Assembly: GCA_017399865.1 (NCBI GenBank)
Contig: JAFQAT010000074.1
Coordinates: 77 to 64,076, forward strand
DNA: 64,000 nt
DNA from: Bacteroidales bacterium
Lineage (GTDB): Bacteria; Bacteroidota; Bacteroidia; Bacteroidales; UBA932
Reading direction: 5' to 3'
Shown: one piece after another, positions 28,875 to 38,461 of the stretch
Position numbering within the stretch: position 1 is the stretch's first letter
How the letters are laid out: each line of letters starts with the position of its first letter
The notes under the pieces: model-generated
What the model was told of the DNA's origin: nothing
The model's database searches: none
Seen by the model: the letters and a program-made list of their open reading frames with translations, nothing else
Made by a program: the position numbers and the translations under genes

Positions 28875-29996
28875 ATGAAGGTAATCATTTCAAGTTCAGA
28901 ACTGCTTAAGGCAGTGATGTCGGTAGCCAAGGCCATTCCGGCAAAATCACCGCTCCCTATCCTTGAAAACTTCCTCTTCGACCTCAAGGGAAACGTACTG
29001 GAAATAACCGCTTCGGATTCAGAGCTCACCCTCAAGACCCAGGTGGAAGTCGAGAGCACATCTGAAGAAGGAAGAATTGCAGTTCCTGCGAAGCACATGA
29101 TGGATCTCCTGAAGGAACTTCCGGACCAGCCTCTTTCAATCAGCACGACAAGCGACAGCTCGTTCGTATGCAGCTGGGCAAGCGGAGAATCGACCCTCCC
29201 ATACTTCCCTGCAGAAGACTATCCTGAGATCACCGGTACAGACGACACAGCAGTAACCCTCCAGTTCCCTGCACAGAGCCTTGTAGACGGTATAGCAAGC
29301 ACTATCTACGCTACCGCTGACGATGAGATCCGCCCTGCAATGAACGGTATCCTCTTCGACATCGACACAGCGTCGACAACCCTCGTGGCATCTGACTCAC
29401 ACAAGCTCATCTGCTACACGACAAACGACGTGAACGCTTCAGAGAAGGCATCATTCATCCTTCACAAGAAACCTGCAGGTATCCTTAAGGCCATCATAGG
29501 CAAGGATGCAGAGACAGTGGAGATCGCCTTCGACTCGAAGAACGCGACATTCAGCTTCGGCAGCACAATGGTGATCTGCCGCCTCGTAGTAGGAAAGTAT
29601 CCTAAATACCGCGATGTGATCCCGCAGAACAACTCGAACATCTTGAGAATCAACCGTGTCCAGCTCCTCAATACCGTACGTCGAGTATCAGTATGCTCGA
29701 ACAAGGCTTCGAACCATATCAAGTTCGACCTCAAGAGCGGATCGATGATGGTTTCGGCACAGGATCTCGGATTCTCCATCGCAGCACATGAGACCATGGC
29801 ATGCCAGTACGACGGCGACGACCTCACCATCGGTTTCAAGTCTCCTTTCATCATCGAGATACTCTCGAACATGAACTGCGGCGAAGTGGTGATGAAGTTC
29901 CTCGACAGCAAGAGAGCTGCCCTTGTGGTTCCTGCTGAAGACGAGGCTGAGAGCGAAAAGATCTGCGGAATCATCATGCCGATAATGATATCGTAA
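28875..29996 (+). CDS. dnaN: DNA polymerase III beta clamp
   Basis: LPILENFLF, ITASDSE, RPAMNG, ASDSHKL, GKYPKY, IMPIM; TATATTTG -7 element at 28801. Confidence 0.96.
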   Translation: MKVIISSSELLKAVMSVAKAIPAKSPLPILENFLFDLKGNVLEITASDSELTLKTQVEVESTSEEGRIAVPAKHMMDLLKELPDQPLSISTTSDSSFVCSWASGESTLPYFPAEDYPEITGTDDTAVTLQFPAQSLVDGIASTIYATADDEIRPAMNGILFDIDTASTTLVASDSHKLICYTTNDVNASEKASFILHKKPAGILKAIIGKDAETVEIAFDSKNATFSFGSTMVICRLVVGKYPKYRDVIPQNNSNILRINRVQLLNTVRRVSVCSNKASNHIKFDLKSGSMMVSAQDLGFSIAAHETMACQYDGDDLTIGFKSPFIIEILSNMNCGEVVMKFLDSKRAALVVPAEDEAESEKICGIIMPIMIS

Positions 29997-29998
29997 AC

Positions 29999-30919
29999 AT
30001 GGAACTGAATCTCGAAAGACCGTTATTGTTTTTTGACATAGAAAGCACAGGGCTCAATATCGCTTCAGACTCGATAATTGAGCTCTGCTTTGTCAAGATA
30101 TTGCCCGGATCGGAACAGAGGGTAAAGACATGGCGCGTAAAGCCATGGGACTATGAAAGGGGATGCCAGAGGCCTATCAACCCTTCGGCACAGGCCGTGC
30201 ATGGCATTTCAGCCGAAGATCTGGCTGACTGCCCGACATTCAGCGAAATCGCCGAAGAAGTGGTGGAATGGCTCTCAGGAAGCGACCTCGCCGGATTCAA
30301 CTCTGCCAAATTCGACCTTCCGATGCTGGCTGAAGAGATCGAACGCGTACGCAGATGGCACAAGCGCGAGCTTCCTATCGACCTCCATCAGATGAAGATG
30401 GTGGACGTCCAGAACATCTTCCACGCCATGGAGCCACGCACACTCAAGGCAGCATACATGTTCTACTGCGGCCGCGACCTCGTGGACGCCCATGCAGCAG
30501 AAGCCGATACCCTTGCTACATATGAAGTCCTTAAAGGCCAGCTCGACCGCTATGCCGGAGACCCTCGCATCGAGAACAACATCGACAAGCTCGCCAGATT
30601 CTCGACAAAGCAGAGGACCGTGGACTATGCAGGAAGACTGGTTCTGAACGACAAGGATGAACCTACCGTCAGTTTCGGAAAGCACAAGGGCAAGACAGCA
30701 CGCGAAGTATATTTCAGCGAGCCGTCATACTTCGCATGGATAGACAACGGAGACTTCACCCTCGACACCAAGCGCCAGTTCGCCCTCCTGAAAGCACAGT
30801 TCGATGCTGAAAGGAAGGCATCTGCGCAGGAGAGGAAGCCATCGACCAGCATTCCAAGGACAAAGGGCTATACTCCTTTCGAAAGCCTCGGCGATCTGTT
30901 CTCACAGGATAAGGACTAG
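29999..30919 (+). CDS. DEDDh 3'-5' exonuclease (DnaQ/epsilon-like)
   Basis: FDIESTG, FNSAKFD, HAAEAD; directly follows dnaN. Confidence 0.9.
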   Translation: MELNLERPLLFFDIESTGLNIASDSIIELCFVKILPGSEQRVKTWRVKPWDYERGCQRPINPSAQAVHGISAEDLADCPTFSEIAEEVVEWLSGSDLAGFNSAKFDLPMLAEEIERVRRWHKRELPIDLHQMKMVDVQNIFHAMEPRTLKAAYMFYCGRDLVDAHAAEADTLATYEVLKGQLDRYAGDPRIENNIDKLARFSTKQRTVDYAGRLVLNDKDEPTVSFGKHKGKTAREVYFSEPSYFAWIDNGDFTLDTKRQFALLKAQFDAERKASAQERKPSTSIPRTKGYTPFESLGDLFSQDKD

Positions 30920-30922
30920 AAG

Positions 30923-31468
30923 ATGAACATCATTGTAAAGCCATACGGAAGCGACCTCTGCTACTGCCGCCCCGACACGACCTGGGAAAGGGAAAACAAG
31001 GATTTCTACATTCCGGACAGCGTAAGGGAACTATATTGGACGCCTATTCTTTTTGCAAGGATAAGCAAAGCTGGCAAATGCATCAATCCAAAATTCGCGT
31101 CCCGCTATTACGACTCCTTCAATTTCGGAGTCCTTCTGTACTGCGGCACAGAGATTGCCTTCGCATCATGCGCCGACCATACATCCATACTCCCATCGCC
31201 TCTCTACAACTGCGTGGTCATGGAGAACGAGGAGAACAGATACGAGGTATGGCGCGACGGAGAGGCGGTTTTCAGCGCGACGGCCGACAAGGGAGCGATA
31301 GAAGACGCAATCTGCAGGTCGTCACAGCTGACATCTGTACGCATAGGAGACTATGTTGCAGTCGAGCTGGATGCCATCAGGCCGCTTGCATCAGAAGGAA
31401 CCGATGCGCTGCGCCTGAATGCCACCTACTGCGAAAACACGATTTACGATTTTAAATTGATACGATAG
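30923..31468 (+). CDS. Degenerate fumarylacetoacetate hydrolase-like protein
   Basis: RPDT..KDFYIPD, RISKAGKCINPKFASRYYD and RIGD resemble the Bacteroidota FAH family; acidic metal ligands appear absent. Confidence 0.6.
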   Translation: MNIIVKPYGSDLCYCRPDTTWERENKDFYIPDSVRELYWTPILFARISKAGKCINPKFASRYYDSFNFGVLLYCGTEIAFASCADHTSILPSPLYNCVVMENEENRYEVWRDGEAVFSATADKGAIEDAICRSSQLTSVRIGDYVAVELDAIRPLASEGTDALRLNATYCENTIYDFKLIR

Positions 31469-31471
31469 ACT

Positions 31472-31930
31472 ATGAAGACATTGAAGACAGCGGCAATCGT
31501 CCTCGCCGCAATCATATGCATGAGTGCATGCGGAAATGCAGGTGCAAGAGAAAAGAAGAAGGCAGCAGACGCACCGAAGGCTGTCGTGGAGCTCACTACC
31601 GAAACATTCAATTCTAAAGTATTCGACACGACAAAGGAGACGGCAGTCTTCCTGGGAGACAAGCCCGCAATCGTAGACTTCACGGCAACGTGGTGCGGCC
31701 CATGCCAGCGGCTGGCACCGATCCTCGAAGAGCTCGCCAATGAATACAAGGGAAAAGTTGATATATATAAGGTAGATGTGGACAAATGCCGTGACCTTGC
31801 GCAGGCATTCAACATCAGTTCGATCCCTGCCTTGCTCTTCATCCCGACCGAAGGCGACCCCCTCATGCTCGTCGGCCTCCGCAACAAGGAACAGCTGAAG
31901 ACCGAAATACAGAAAAACCTGCTCGACTGA
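31472..31930 (+). CDS. Thioredoxin family lipoprotein
   Basis: Lipobox MSAC; DFTATWCGPC; SIPAL. Confidence 0.9.
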   Translation: MKTLKTAAIVLAAIICMSACGNAGAREKKKAADAPKAVVELTTETFNSKVFDTTKETAVFLGDKPAIVDFTATWCGPCQRLAPILEELANEYKGKVDIYKVDVDKCRDLAQAFNISSIPALLFIPTEGDPLMLVGLRNKEQLKTEIQKNLLD

Positions 31931-31940
31931 GCAGGTTTTT
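31913..31940. terminator. Bidirectional terminator overlapping the thioredoxin stop, next to the tRNA 3' end
   Basis: aaaaacctgctc-gact-gagcaggttttt. Confidence 0.8.
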
Positions 31941-31943
31941 TTG

Positions 31944-32016
31944 AGCCACCTATGGGATTCGAACCCACGACCTTCGCGTTACGAATGCGATGCTCTACCG
32001 ACTAAGCTAAAGTGGC
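31944..32016 (-). tRNA. tRNA-Thr (anticodon CGT), CCA not encoded
   Basis: GCCACTTTAGCTTAGTCGGTAGAGCATCGCATTCGTAACGCGAAGGTCGTGGGTTCGAATCCCATAGGTGGCT folds as a cloverleaf with GTTCGAA T-loop. Confidence 0.95.
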
Positions 32017-32096
32017 AACGAAACTCCTTTATGCAAAGGGACTGCAAATATAGATAATTTTGATAAATTTGCGTCCGAAAATCGATCTAAATTAAC

Positions 32097-33401
32097 ATGC
32101 ATTCAGCTGATATCATCATCATAGGAGGAGGAGCGGCAGGACTTATGGCCGCTGCGGGGGCGGCACAGACCTATGCGTCAAAGGGCATGCCGGGAAAAGT
32201 CATCGTGCTTGAAAGGATGCCAAGGCCCGGAAGGAAGATAATGATCACCGGAAAGGGACGCTGCAATTTCACTAACCTGAAGCAGTGGAACGAGTTTTCC
32301 GGCCATATCCACCCGAAGCCGAATTTCCTCAAGCCGTCGTTCTACAACCTTACTTCCGAGAAGATGATCGATTTCCTGGAAAGTCATGGACTCGAGACCG
32401 TCGTAGAGAGAGGAGACAGGGCCTTTCCGGCATCACATCTGGCATCTGACGTCATCGATACTCTTGTCAGAGCAGCCAAAGAAGCGGGAGCAGAAATACT
32501 ATGCGGCAAATCTGTAAGCCAGGTTACCAGAAACGAAGACGAACCATCGTTCACAGTCAGATGCGAGGACGGCGCGTCATATTCCTGCAGCAAGCTCATA
32601 ATCTGCACAGGAGGACTCTCCTACCCGAAGACCGGATCGACCGGAGACGGATACGGATGGGCGGAAGGCATGGGCCATTCGATACGTCCGCTTTTCCCTT
32701 CACTGACGGCAATCGTTCCAGAAGGATACAAGGACGGAAAGGGACATATAGACAGGAGCCTGCCGCTTTCGGAAACAGGAAAGAATCTATGCGGCAACCA
32801 GCTTAAGAATGTCGGGCTCAGCCTGATCGTAGACGGAAACGAGGCGCAGAACGAATTCGGAGACCTCGACTTCACCGACGGAGGCATTGAAGGACCTATC
32901 GGATTCAAGGTCAGCAGGAAATGCGTCAATGCGATAATCAACGGATCTAAGGTCACTGCCGTAATAGACCTGAAGCCAGCCGTCGACCAGGAAGACCTCC
33001 ATGTCAGGATAGGGACTCTATGGAACGAGATATCAAAGGACAAGAGAAACGTCAACAAGCTCTATAAGGACAGGTTCAGGATCCTGCTCACAAAGGTCCT
33101 CCCTATGTCCCTCATACCGGCATTCACCCGAATGAATCCGAACGCCGACCACAAGACACTGGCAAAGGCCCTGAAGAACTGGAAGATGGATATAGCCGGA
33201 TATGTCGGATACGAAAGATGCGTGGTTACAGCCGGCGGTGTCAGTCTCGACGAAGTGACAGCAAAGACTCTGGAATCCAAGCTTGTTCCAGGGCTGTATT
33301 TTGCAGGTGAAGTGCTTGACCTTGACGCGGATACAGGAGGCTACAACCTCCAGGCAGCCTTCTCTACAGGATATCTTGCAGGTATTTCAGCAGCTAGATA
33401 A
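32097..33401 (+). CDS. HI0933/BaiN/YhiN family flavoprotein
   Basis: [54 protein letters not shown]. Confidence 0.9.
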   Translation: MHSADIIIIGGGAAGLMAAAGAAQTYASKGMPGKVIVLERMPRPGRKIMITGKGRCNFTNLKQWNEFSGHIHPKPNFLKPSFYNLTSEKMIDFLESHGLETVVERGDRAFPASHLASDVIDTLVRAAKEAGAEILCGKSVSQVTRNEDEPSFTVRCEDGASYSCSKLIICTGGLSYPKTGSTGDGYGWAEGMGHSIRPLFPSLTAIVPEGYKDGKGHIDRSLPLSETGKNLCGNQLKNVGLSLIVDGNEAQNEFGDLDFTDGGIEGPIGFKVSRKCVNAIINGSKVTAVIDLKPAVDQEDLHVRIGTLWNEISKDKRNVNKLYKDRFRILLTKVLPMSLIPAFTRMNPNADHKTLAKALKNWKMDIAGYVGYERCVVTAGGVSLDEVTAKTLESKLVPGLYFAGEVLDLDADTGGYNLQAAFSTGYLAGISAAR

Positions 33402-34788
33402 CTCCGGAGCCTAACATTTCGTCTCCGTCGTACCAGACCGCAAACTGGCCTGGGGTTATGCCGCGCTGAGGAGAGTCGAAGAGGATGAAGAGACCGTTTT
33501 CACGCATGATGAGGGTGGCTTCCTGAAGAGGCTGGCGGTAGCGGATACGGACGCGGTAGCGTCGTACTTCGCCCGGCAACATGGCAAGATCGGGACGGAT
33601 CCAATGAATTTCATCCGGAGCTACTCGAAGGCAGCTACGGGAGAGTCCCTTATGGGTATGTCCCTCACCTACATATATGATATTGTTCTGAATATCAGTC
33701 TCTATGACGAAGATGGAATCCTTATGTCCTCCGACGTTCAGTCCCTTCCTCTGTCCGATTGTGTAGAACTGGGCTCCGTCGTGCTTTCCTACAATCTTTC
33801 CGAAAGGATTCTCCTTATATCTTGTCTTCTTGACATGCTTGCGACCGCTGCGGTATGTCTCCGTCTCGAATCTGATATCGTAACGCACAGGTTCCGAAAG
33901 ACGCTGGAAGGCTTCGTCTGAAAGTCCGGCTATCTTTTCCATTGAGAAAGGGCATCCTCCGTCCGAAACAGGAGTCGCCTTGTCCTCTGAAACATAATCG
34001 GTTATCATCTTTGCCTGTCCCCCATCCGACATAAGCGACGAAAGAGTCTCGCTGATGAAGCGATACTGCTCATTGTCAGTATAATAAGCATCGTATACTT
34101 CCACGATATCGCCTTCGCACGGCTTCAGCTTCTGCTGAAGGAATGTCGGAAGATCTACTTTGCCGACAAAGCAGATCCCCTGGGAATCCTTCTTGTCTGC
34201 CGACGGAAGATCGGCTTCATGGGCAATACGGCGTACTTCCGGCTTCAAAATGTCTCCGATCGGGAACATCGCCTTGGAGAGCTGGCCCTGCGAAAGCTGA
34301 CAGAGGAAATAGCTCTGGTCCTTGTTAGGGTCAGTTCCGGCAAGAATCCTATGCACAGTAGCTCCGTCCGGCCCGGTGAGGGTCTCCTTGCGGCAGTAGT
34401 GTCCGGTCGCAACATAGTCGGCACCAAGCTTTTCCGCACATTTCAGGAATGCGTCGAACTTGATTTCCCTGTTGCACAGAACGTCAGGATTTGGAGTGCG
34501 TCCCTTCTCGTACTCATCGAACATATAGTCTACAACCCTCTGACGGTATTCCTTGCTCAGGTCCACGAAATAGAACGGAATGCCTATCTTGCGGGCTACC
34601 AGTTCGGCAACAAAGCGATCCTCCTCCCATTCGCAGTCTCCGTGGAGAGTGGTCGAAGCGTCATGCCAGTTCTGCATGAACAATGCAAAGACATCATAGC
34701 CCTGCTGCTTGAGCAAAAGGGCCGCAACACTCGAATCAACGCCTCCGGAAAGGCCTATACACACCTTAACATTCTGATTTTCCGCCAT
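33394..34788 (-). CDS. mnmA: tRNA 2-thiouridine(34) synthase
   Basis: [46 protein letters not shown]; start re-called to 34788. Confidence 0.96.
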   Translation of the reverse strand: MAENQNVKVCIGLSGGVDSSVAALLLKQQGYDVFALFMQNWHDASTTLHGDCEWEEDRFVAELVARKIGIPFYFVDLSKEYRQRVVDYMFDEYEKGRTPNPDVLCNREIKFDAFLKCAEKLGADYVATGHYCRKETLTGPDGATVHRILAGTDPNKDQSYFLCQLSQGQLSKAMFPIGDILKPEVRRIAHEADLPSADKKDSQGICFVGKVDLPTFLQQKLKPCEGDIVEVYDAYYTDNEQYRFISETLSSLMSDGGQAKMITDYVSEDKATPVSDGGCPFSMEKIAGLSDEAFQRLSEPVRYDIRFETETYRSGRKHVKKTRYKENPFGKIVGKHDGAQFYTIGQRKGLNVGGHKDSIFVIETDIQNNIIYVGEGHTHKGLSRSCLRVAPDEIHWIRPDLAMLPGEVRRYRVRIRYRQPLQEATLIMRENGLFILFDSPQRGITPGQFAVWYDGDEMLGSGVI

Positions 34789-34857
34789 ATATTTAGTCTT
34801 ATTTGACAAAAAGCATTATATTTGTGGAGTTTGCAAAGATAATTCAATTGATCTGTT

Positions 34858-35331
34858 ATGACAAACAAAGAAATAAAAATCGCATATAGGGAGTATGAGT
34901 CTCTTGAACAGCTCGAGGCCGAAGAAAGGAAACTGGCCGATGCCGCTATAGACGCGATGAAGAATGCGTACGCCCCATATTCGGGATTCAGCGTGGGCGC
35001 TGCCGTGATGTTTGAAGACGGAGAGATAGTCAAAGGATCCAATCAGGAAAATGCCGCATACCCATCAGGACTCTGCGCGGAAAGAACGGCCATGTTCTAT
35101 GCCAGCGCAAGCAGGCCTGACAAGGCTATGGCTGCAATCGCCATAGCCGCAGGCCAGAAGGGCGTGATCTGCGGCACCCCGGCGACCCCATGCGGAGCAT
35201 GCCGCCAGGTCATGGCTCAATATCAGGCCAAGAGCGGACGTCCGATGAAGATTCTGCTTGTAGGAGCCGACAGGACATGGGTATTTGACAAGGTCGACGA
35301 CCTTCTCCCTCTGATTTTTGACAGCATCTGA
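34858..35331 (+). CDS. cdd: Cytidine deaminase
   Basis: AYAPYS, NQENAAYPSGLCAER, PCGACRQ. Confidence 0.94.
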   Translation: MTNKEIKIAYREYESLEQLEAEERKLADAAIDAMKNAYAPYSGFSVGAAVMFEDGEIVKGSNQENAAYPSGLCAERTAMFYASASRPDKAMAAIAIAAGQKGVICGTPATPCGACRQVMAQYQAKSGRPMKILLVGADRTWVFDKVDDLLPLIFDSI

Positions 35332-35352
35332 TACGATAAAACGGAAGTTATT

Positions 35353-35383
35353 TTTGCTGAATTGCAAAAAATGACTACCTTTG
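35353..35383 (+). promoter_or_regulatory. Sigma-A promoter of the SRP RNA gene
   Basis: TTTG-N19-TACCTTTG, 5 nt before the RNA 5' end. Confidence 0.75.
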
Positions 35384-35388
35384 CATTC

Positions 35389-35485
35389 GGGAAAGTCATA
35401 CACGACCAGCTCCCTCCGAATTCCCCCAGGGCTTGACCGCAGCAAGGGTAGGAGGTCGTAGCGGTGCGATGTATCAAGCTTTCCC
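35389..35485 (+). ncRNA. ffs: Signal recognition particle RNA (4.5S)
   Basis: Closing stem GGGAAAG/CTTTCCC; helix-8 core CCCCCAGG...AGCAAGGG; CATACACGACCAGCTCC and GTAGCGGTGCGAT segments as recalled from Bacteroidota ffs; own promoter and T-tract. Confidence 0.85.
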
Positions 35486-35509
35486 TTTTTTCGTTTATAT
35501 AGGGAAAGC

Positions 35510-36796
35510 CTATTTCTCTTCAGTATAGAATTCGATCATGCGGGCGATAGCTCTCTGGCACACAGGACAGAAGCTTTCGGCCGCATTTGTCTTCATGCGG
35601 CAGTCCGGGAACGGACGATATACCCCTTTCGACTGATATCCGGCACCTTCGTACACGCCGATCATCGAGTCCATGTCCTTGCCTTCACGGAAAGACTCCC
35701 AGATGTTTCCTTCCACCGGAGCTGTCGGGATGCCGATGACCTTCGGAAGCATGTCGTCCCACTTTGACTTGAAATCATAGAGGGTCGTGATGTTCTGCTC
35801 CCATGGTTCGCAGTCCGGATAATAGTACTCCACGAACTGGTCATCATAGTAATACTCATCCGCCAGTCCACCGAAGCTGTGACCGAATTCATGGACGACT
35901 ACCGGTTCGAAAGAAGGGTGGCCGGCTGTCGTCAGAGTATAGGAATTGAATATTCCCCCTCCACCATAAGTGTCTGTATTTGCGAGAATTACGATATGCT
36001 CATATGGTATGCCGCAAAGTCTGTCATGCATCTGGCGGAGACGCAGTGTGGTCAGATACCGGTCCATATAGAACGTGTTGAAATGCGATCCCAAAGCCGT
36101 CTTCTTCCACAAACCCTCGCCCGGTACGCTGACTCCGCTGTCCTCGGACGGAAGAGCGACTGCCACAAAATTGAAACGGTCTCTGTACTCGCCGAATGGA
36201 GCATGAGAGAGAATCGCTTCCATCGCCGTCATGGCATCTTCATAGAACTTATCGGCTTCTTCTGCAGTATATCCCTCGGCTACAATAGCGACATCGATGC
36301 ATTCTTCTGCACTCCCGCTCTCAAGCAGATACCTGTGAGGCGCCGGAACAGGATCGATACGGCGGATAAGAATGTCGGAAGGATCCACGACATGCGACAA
36401 TGACGCAGAGACTCCCCCACGGAAATCATAAAGTTCCACCTTCACCAAAGCCTGTTCTGAAGGCATCGGAAGCAGGAAGACGTTCTCAAAGGCCTTACGC
36501 ACCCTCGTTGCTTCCTCCGTCGTCTGCCATTCCTGGAAAAGGGTCGAGAAACTCTGACGATACAGTATCTTTCCGGTCTTCAGGTCTGAGAGGCTTATCT
36601 GTCCGTTGCCTCTCAGAAGAGTCTCATCAAGGTTAACCCTTCGTCCTGCCCAGCCGTCGAAGCATGACATCTCGTCTAGAGAAATCTCCTGTGCCTTGTC
36701 GGTGCCGGAAAATATATAATCCACCCTCAAAGTCCTGTCCTGGGCATACGAAAACACCGACAAGAACATTAAAATCGCTGCAATAACATTTTTCAT
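35510..36796 (-). CDS. M64 family metallopeptidase (IgA peptidase-like)
   Basis: Signal peptide; VAEGYT, YGGGG, HEFGHSFGGLADEY, CRMK..FCPVC. Confidence 0.92.
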   Translation of the reverse strand: MKNVIAAILMFLSVFSYAQDRTLRVDYIFSGTDKAQEISLDEMSCFDGWAGRRVNLDETLLRGNGQISLSDLKTGKILYRQSFSTLFQEWQTTEEATRVRKAFENVFLLPMPSEQALVKVELYDFRGGVSASLSHVVDPSDILIRRIDPVPAPHRYLLESGSAEECIDVAIVAEGYTAEEADKFYEDAMTAMEAILSHAPFGEYRDRFNFVAVALPSEDSGVSVPGEGLWKKTALGSHFNTFYMDRYLTTLRLRQMHDRLCGIPYEHIVILANTDTYGGGGIFNSYTLTTAGHPSFEPVVVHEFGHSFGGLADEYYYDDQFVEYYYPDCEPWEQNITTLYDFKSKWDDMLPKVIGIPTAPVEGNIWESFREGKDMDSMIGVYEGAGYQSKGVYRPFPDCRMKTNAAESFCPVCQRAIARMIEFYTEEK

Positions 36797-36897
36797 AACT
36801 TCCTAACTATTACTCCTTTACACAAAGCACGTGCTCCCCTTTGGCGGCACGCACTTCACATAAGACATTGTACATCAGACAATTACATTCAATGGTT

Positions 36898-38451
36898 TCA
36901 GATACGGGTGGCGCAGTTGATTCCGTCGAGAGCGGAAGAAACTATGCCACCGGCGTATCCGGCGCCTTCGCCGCATGGATACAGACCGGCAACCTGGACA
37001 TGCTCCAGCGTTTCAGGATCACGAGGGATGCGCACCGGCGAAGACGTGCGGGACTCCACTCCAAGAAGAAGGGCATCGTTGGTATAATAGCCGTGCATCT
37101 TCTTGTTTCCGATTTCAGGGAATGCATATTTCAACCTCAAGGAGACATGCTCCGGAAGCAGTTCATGAAGCGGTGCGTTGGCCGCACCAGGATGGTAAGA
37201 AGTCTGCGGCAATCCGGTCGAAGGAATCCTGCGGCAGAAATCCATCATCCTCTGCGCCGGAGCCTTGAGAGAGCCTGTGTACTCGAACATCTTCCTCTCC
37301 ACATCCTTCTGGAATTGTAGGAGGGCAAGCGGACCATGCTGGGCATATTCCGGAAAATCCTCGGGTTCTATCTGCACAACCACGCCCGAGTTAGCCCACT
37401 TCGAGTTGCGGGCGGAATTCGACATTCCGTTCAGTACGAGCTCGCCTTCGGCAGTCGCTGCCGGCACCAGAATGCCTCCCGGACACATGCAGAACGAGAA
37501 CACTCCCCTGCCCTCGATCTGGGTCACGAATGAATATTCCGCCGTCGGCATGTACGGCTGGTACTTGCCATGATACTGGATCTTGTTGATAAGCGACTGT
37601 GGATGCTCCACGCGTACGCCGAGAGCAAATCCCTTTGACTGTATCTCCCATCCCTTGCGATCGAACATCTCGTATATGTCGCGGGCAGAGTGGCCTGTCG
37701 CAAGAATCACCTTGCGGGATGTGTATGTCTCCGACGCTCCTTCATGTTCAGGATCAGACACAGAAACATCGAAAGCCCCGTCCTGACGCTTGAAGATATC
37801 TGTGACGCGGGAATCGAAATGGTATTCACCGCCATGTTCAATGATGCATTTGCGGATATTCTCCACAACGGTCGGAAGCTTGTCGCTTCCGATATGAGGA
37901 TGGGCATCTATCAATATCGAAGGGTCGGCTCCGAAAAGCACCAGCTGGTGGAGGACTTCACGGATGTCCCCCCTTTTTGAAGAACGGGTATAGAGCTTTC
38001 CGTCTGAGAATGTGCCGGCGCCGCCTTCACCGAAGCAATAATTGGAATCAGGATTCACCACGCCTTCCCTCGACAGCTTGGCCATGTCGTACTTACGTGC
38101 ATGTACATCCTTTCCTCTTTCAAGGATCACAGGCTTGAACCCGCGCATGAGCAGCTTGAGAGCCGCGAACATTCCCGCAGGTCCGGCTCCGATGATGACG
38201 ACAGGCTCTGCAGAAGATACGTCCTGATACTCGTCAAGGACAAATTCCGGCATGACTTCATCAGGCTTATATACCTCGAGCCTGTAACGGTACAATATGT
38301 CGTTGCGGGCGTCGATCGAACGGCGCATGATCCTGTATCTGATCTGATTCTTCGCCTTCGGGGACATTCCCAGAGCCTTGATGGCAGCATTCAGGATCTC
38401 GTCTTGGGAGAGTTCCTTGCCCAGCTTGCATGTTATTTCGATCTCTTTCAT
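36898..38451 (-). CDS. Uncharacterised FAD-dependent oxidoreductase
   Basis: GAGPAG, FGEGGAGTFSDGKL, SFCMCPGG, ESRTSSPV, GEGAGYAGGIVSSALDG. Confidence 0.88.
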   Translation of the reverse strand: MKEIEITCKLGKELSQDEILNAAIKALGMSPKAKNQIRYRIMRRSIDARNDILYRYRLEVYKPDEVMPEFVLDEYQDVSSAEPVVIIGAGPAGMFAALKLLMRGFKPVILERGKDVHARKYDMAKLSREGVVNPDSNYCFGEGGAGTFSDGKLYTRSSKRGDIREVLHQLVLFGADPSILIDAHPHIGSDKLPTVVENIRKCIIEHGGEYHFDSRVTDIFKRQDGAFDVSVSDPEHEGASETYTSRKVILATGHSARDIYEMFDRKGWEIQSKGFALGVRVEHPQSLINKIQYHGKYQPYMPTAEYSFVTQIEGRGVFSFCMCPGGILVPAATAEGELVLNGMSNSARNSKWANSGVVVQIEPEDFPEYAQHGPLALLQFQKDVERKMFEYTGSLKAPAQRMMDFCRRIPSTGLPQTSYHPGAANAPLHELLPEHVSLRLKYAFPEIGNKKMHGYYTNDALLLGVESRTSSPVRIPRDPETLEHVQVAGLYPCGEGAGYAGGIVSSALDGINCATRI

Positions 38452-38461
38452 AGACTCTTCT

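Noticed and set aside
31941-32016. tRNA-Thr as an integration site
   Set aside because: Flanked by core genes; no integrase and no duplicated tRNA 3' end seen
33815-34090. Intein in MnmA
   Set aside because: No Cys/Ser start with His-Asn end; too short and no homing endonuclease motif
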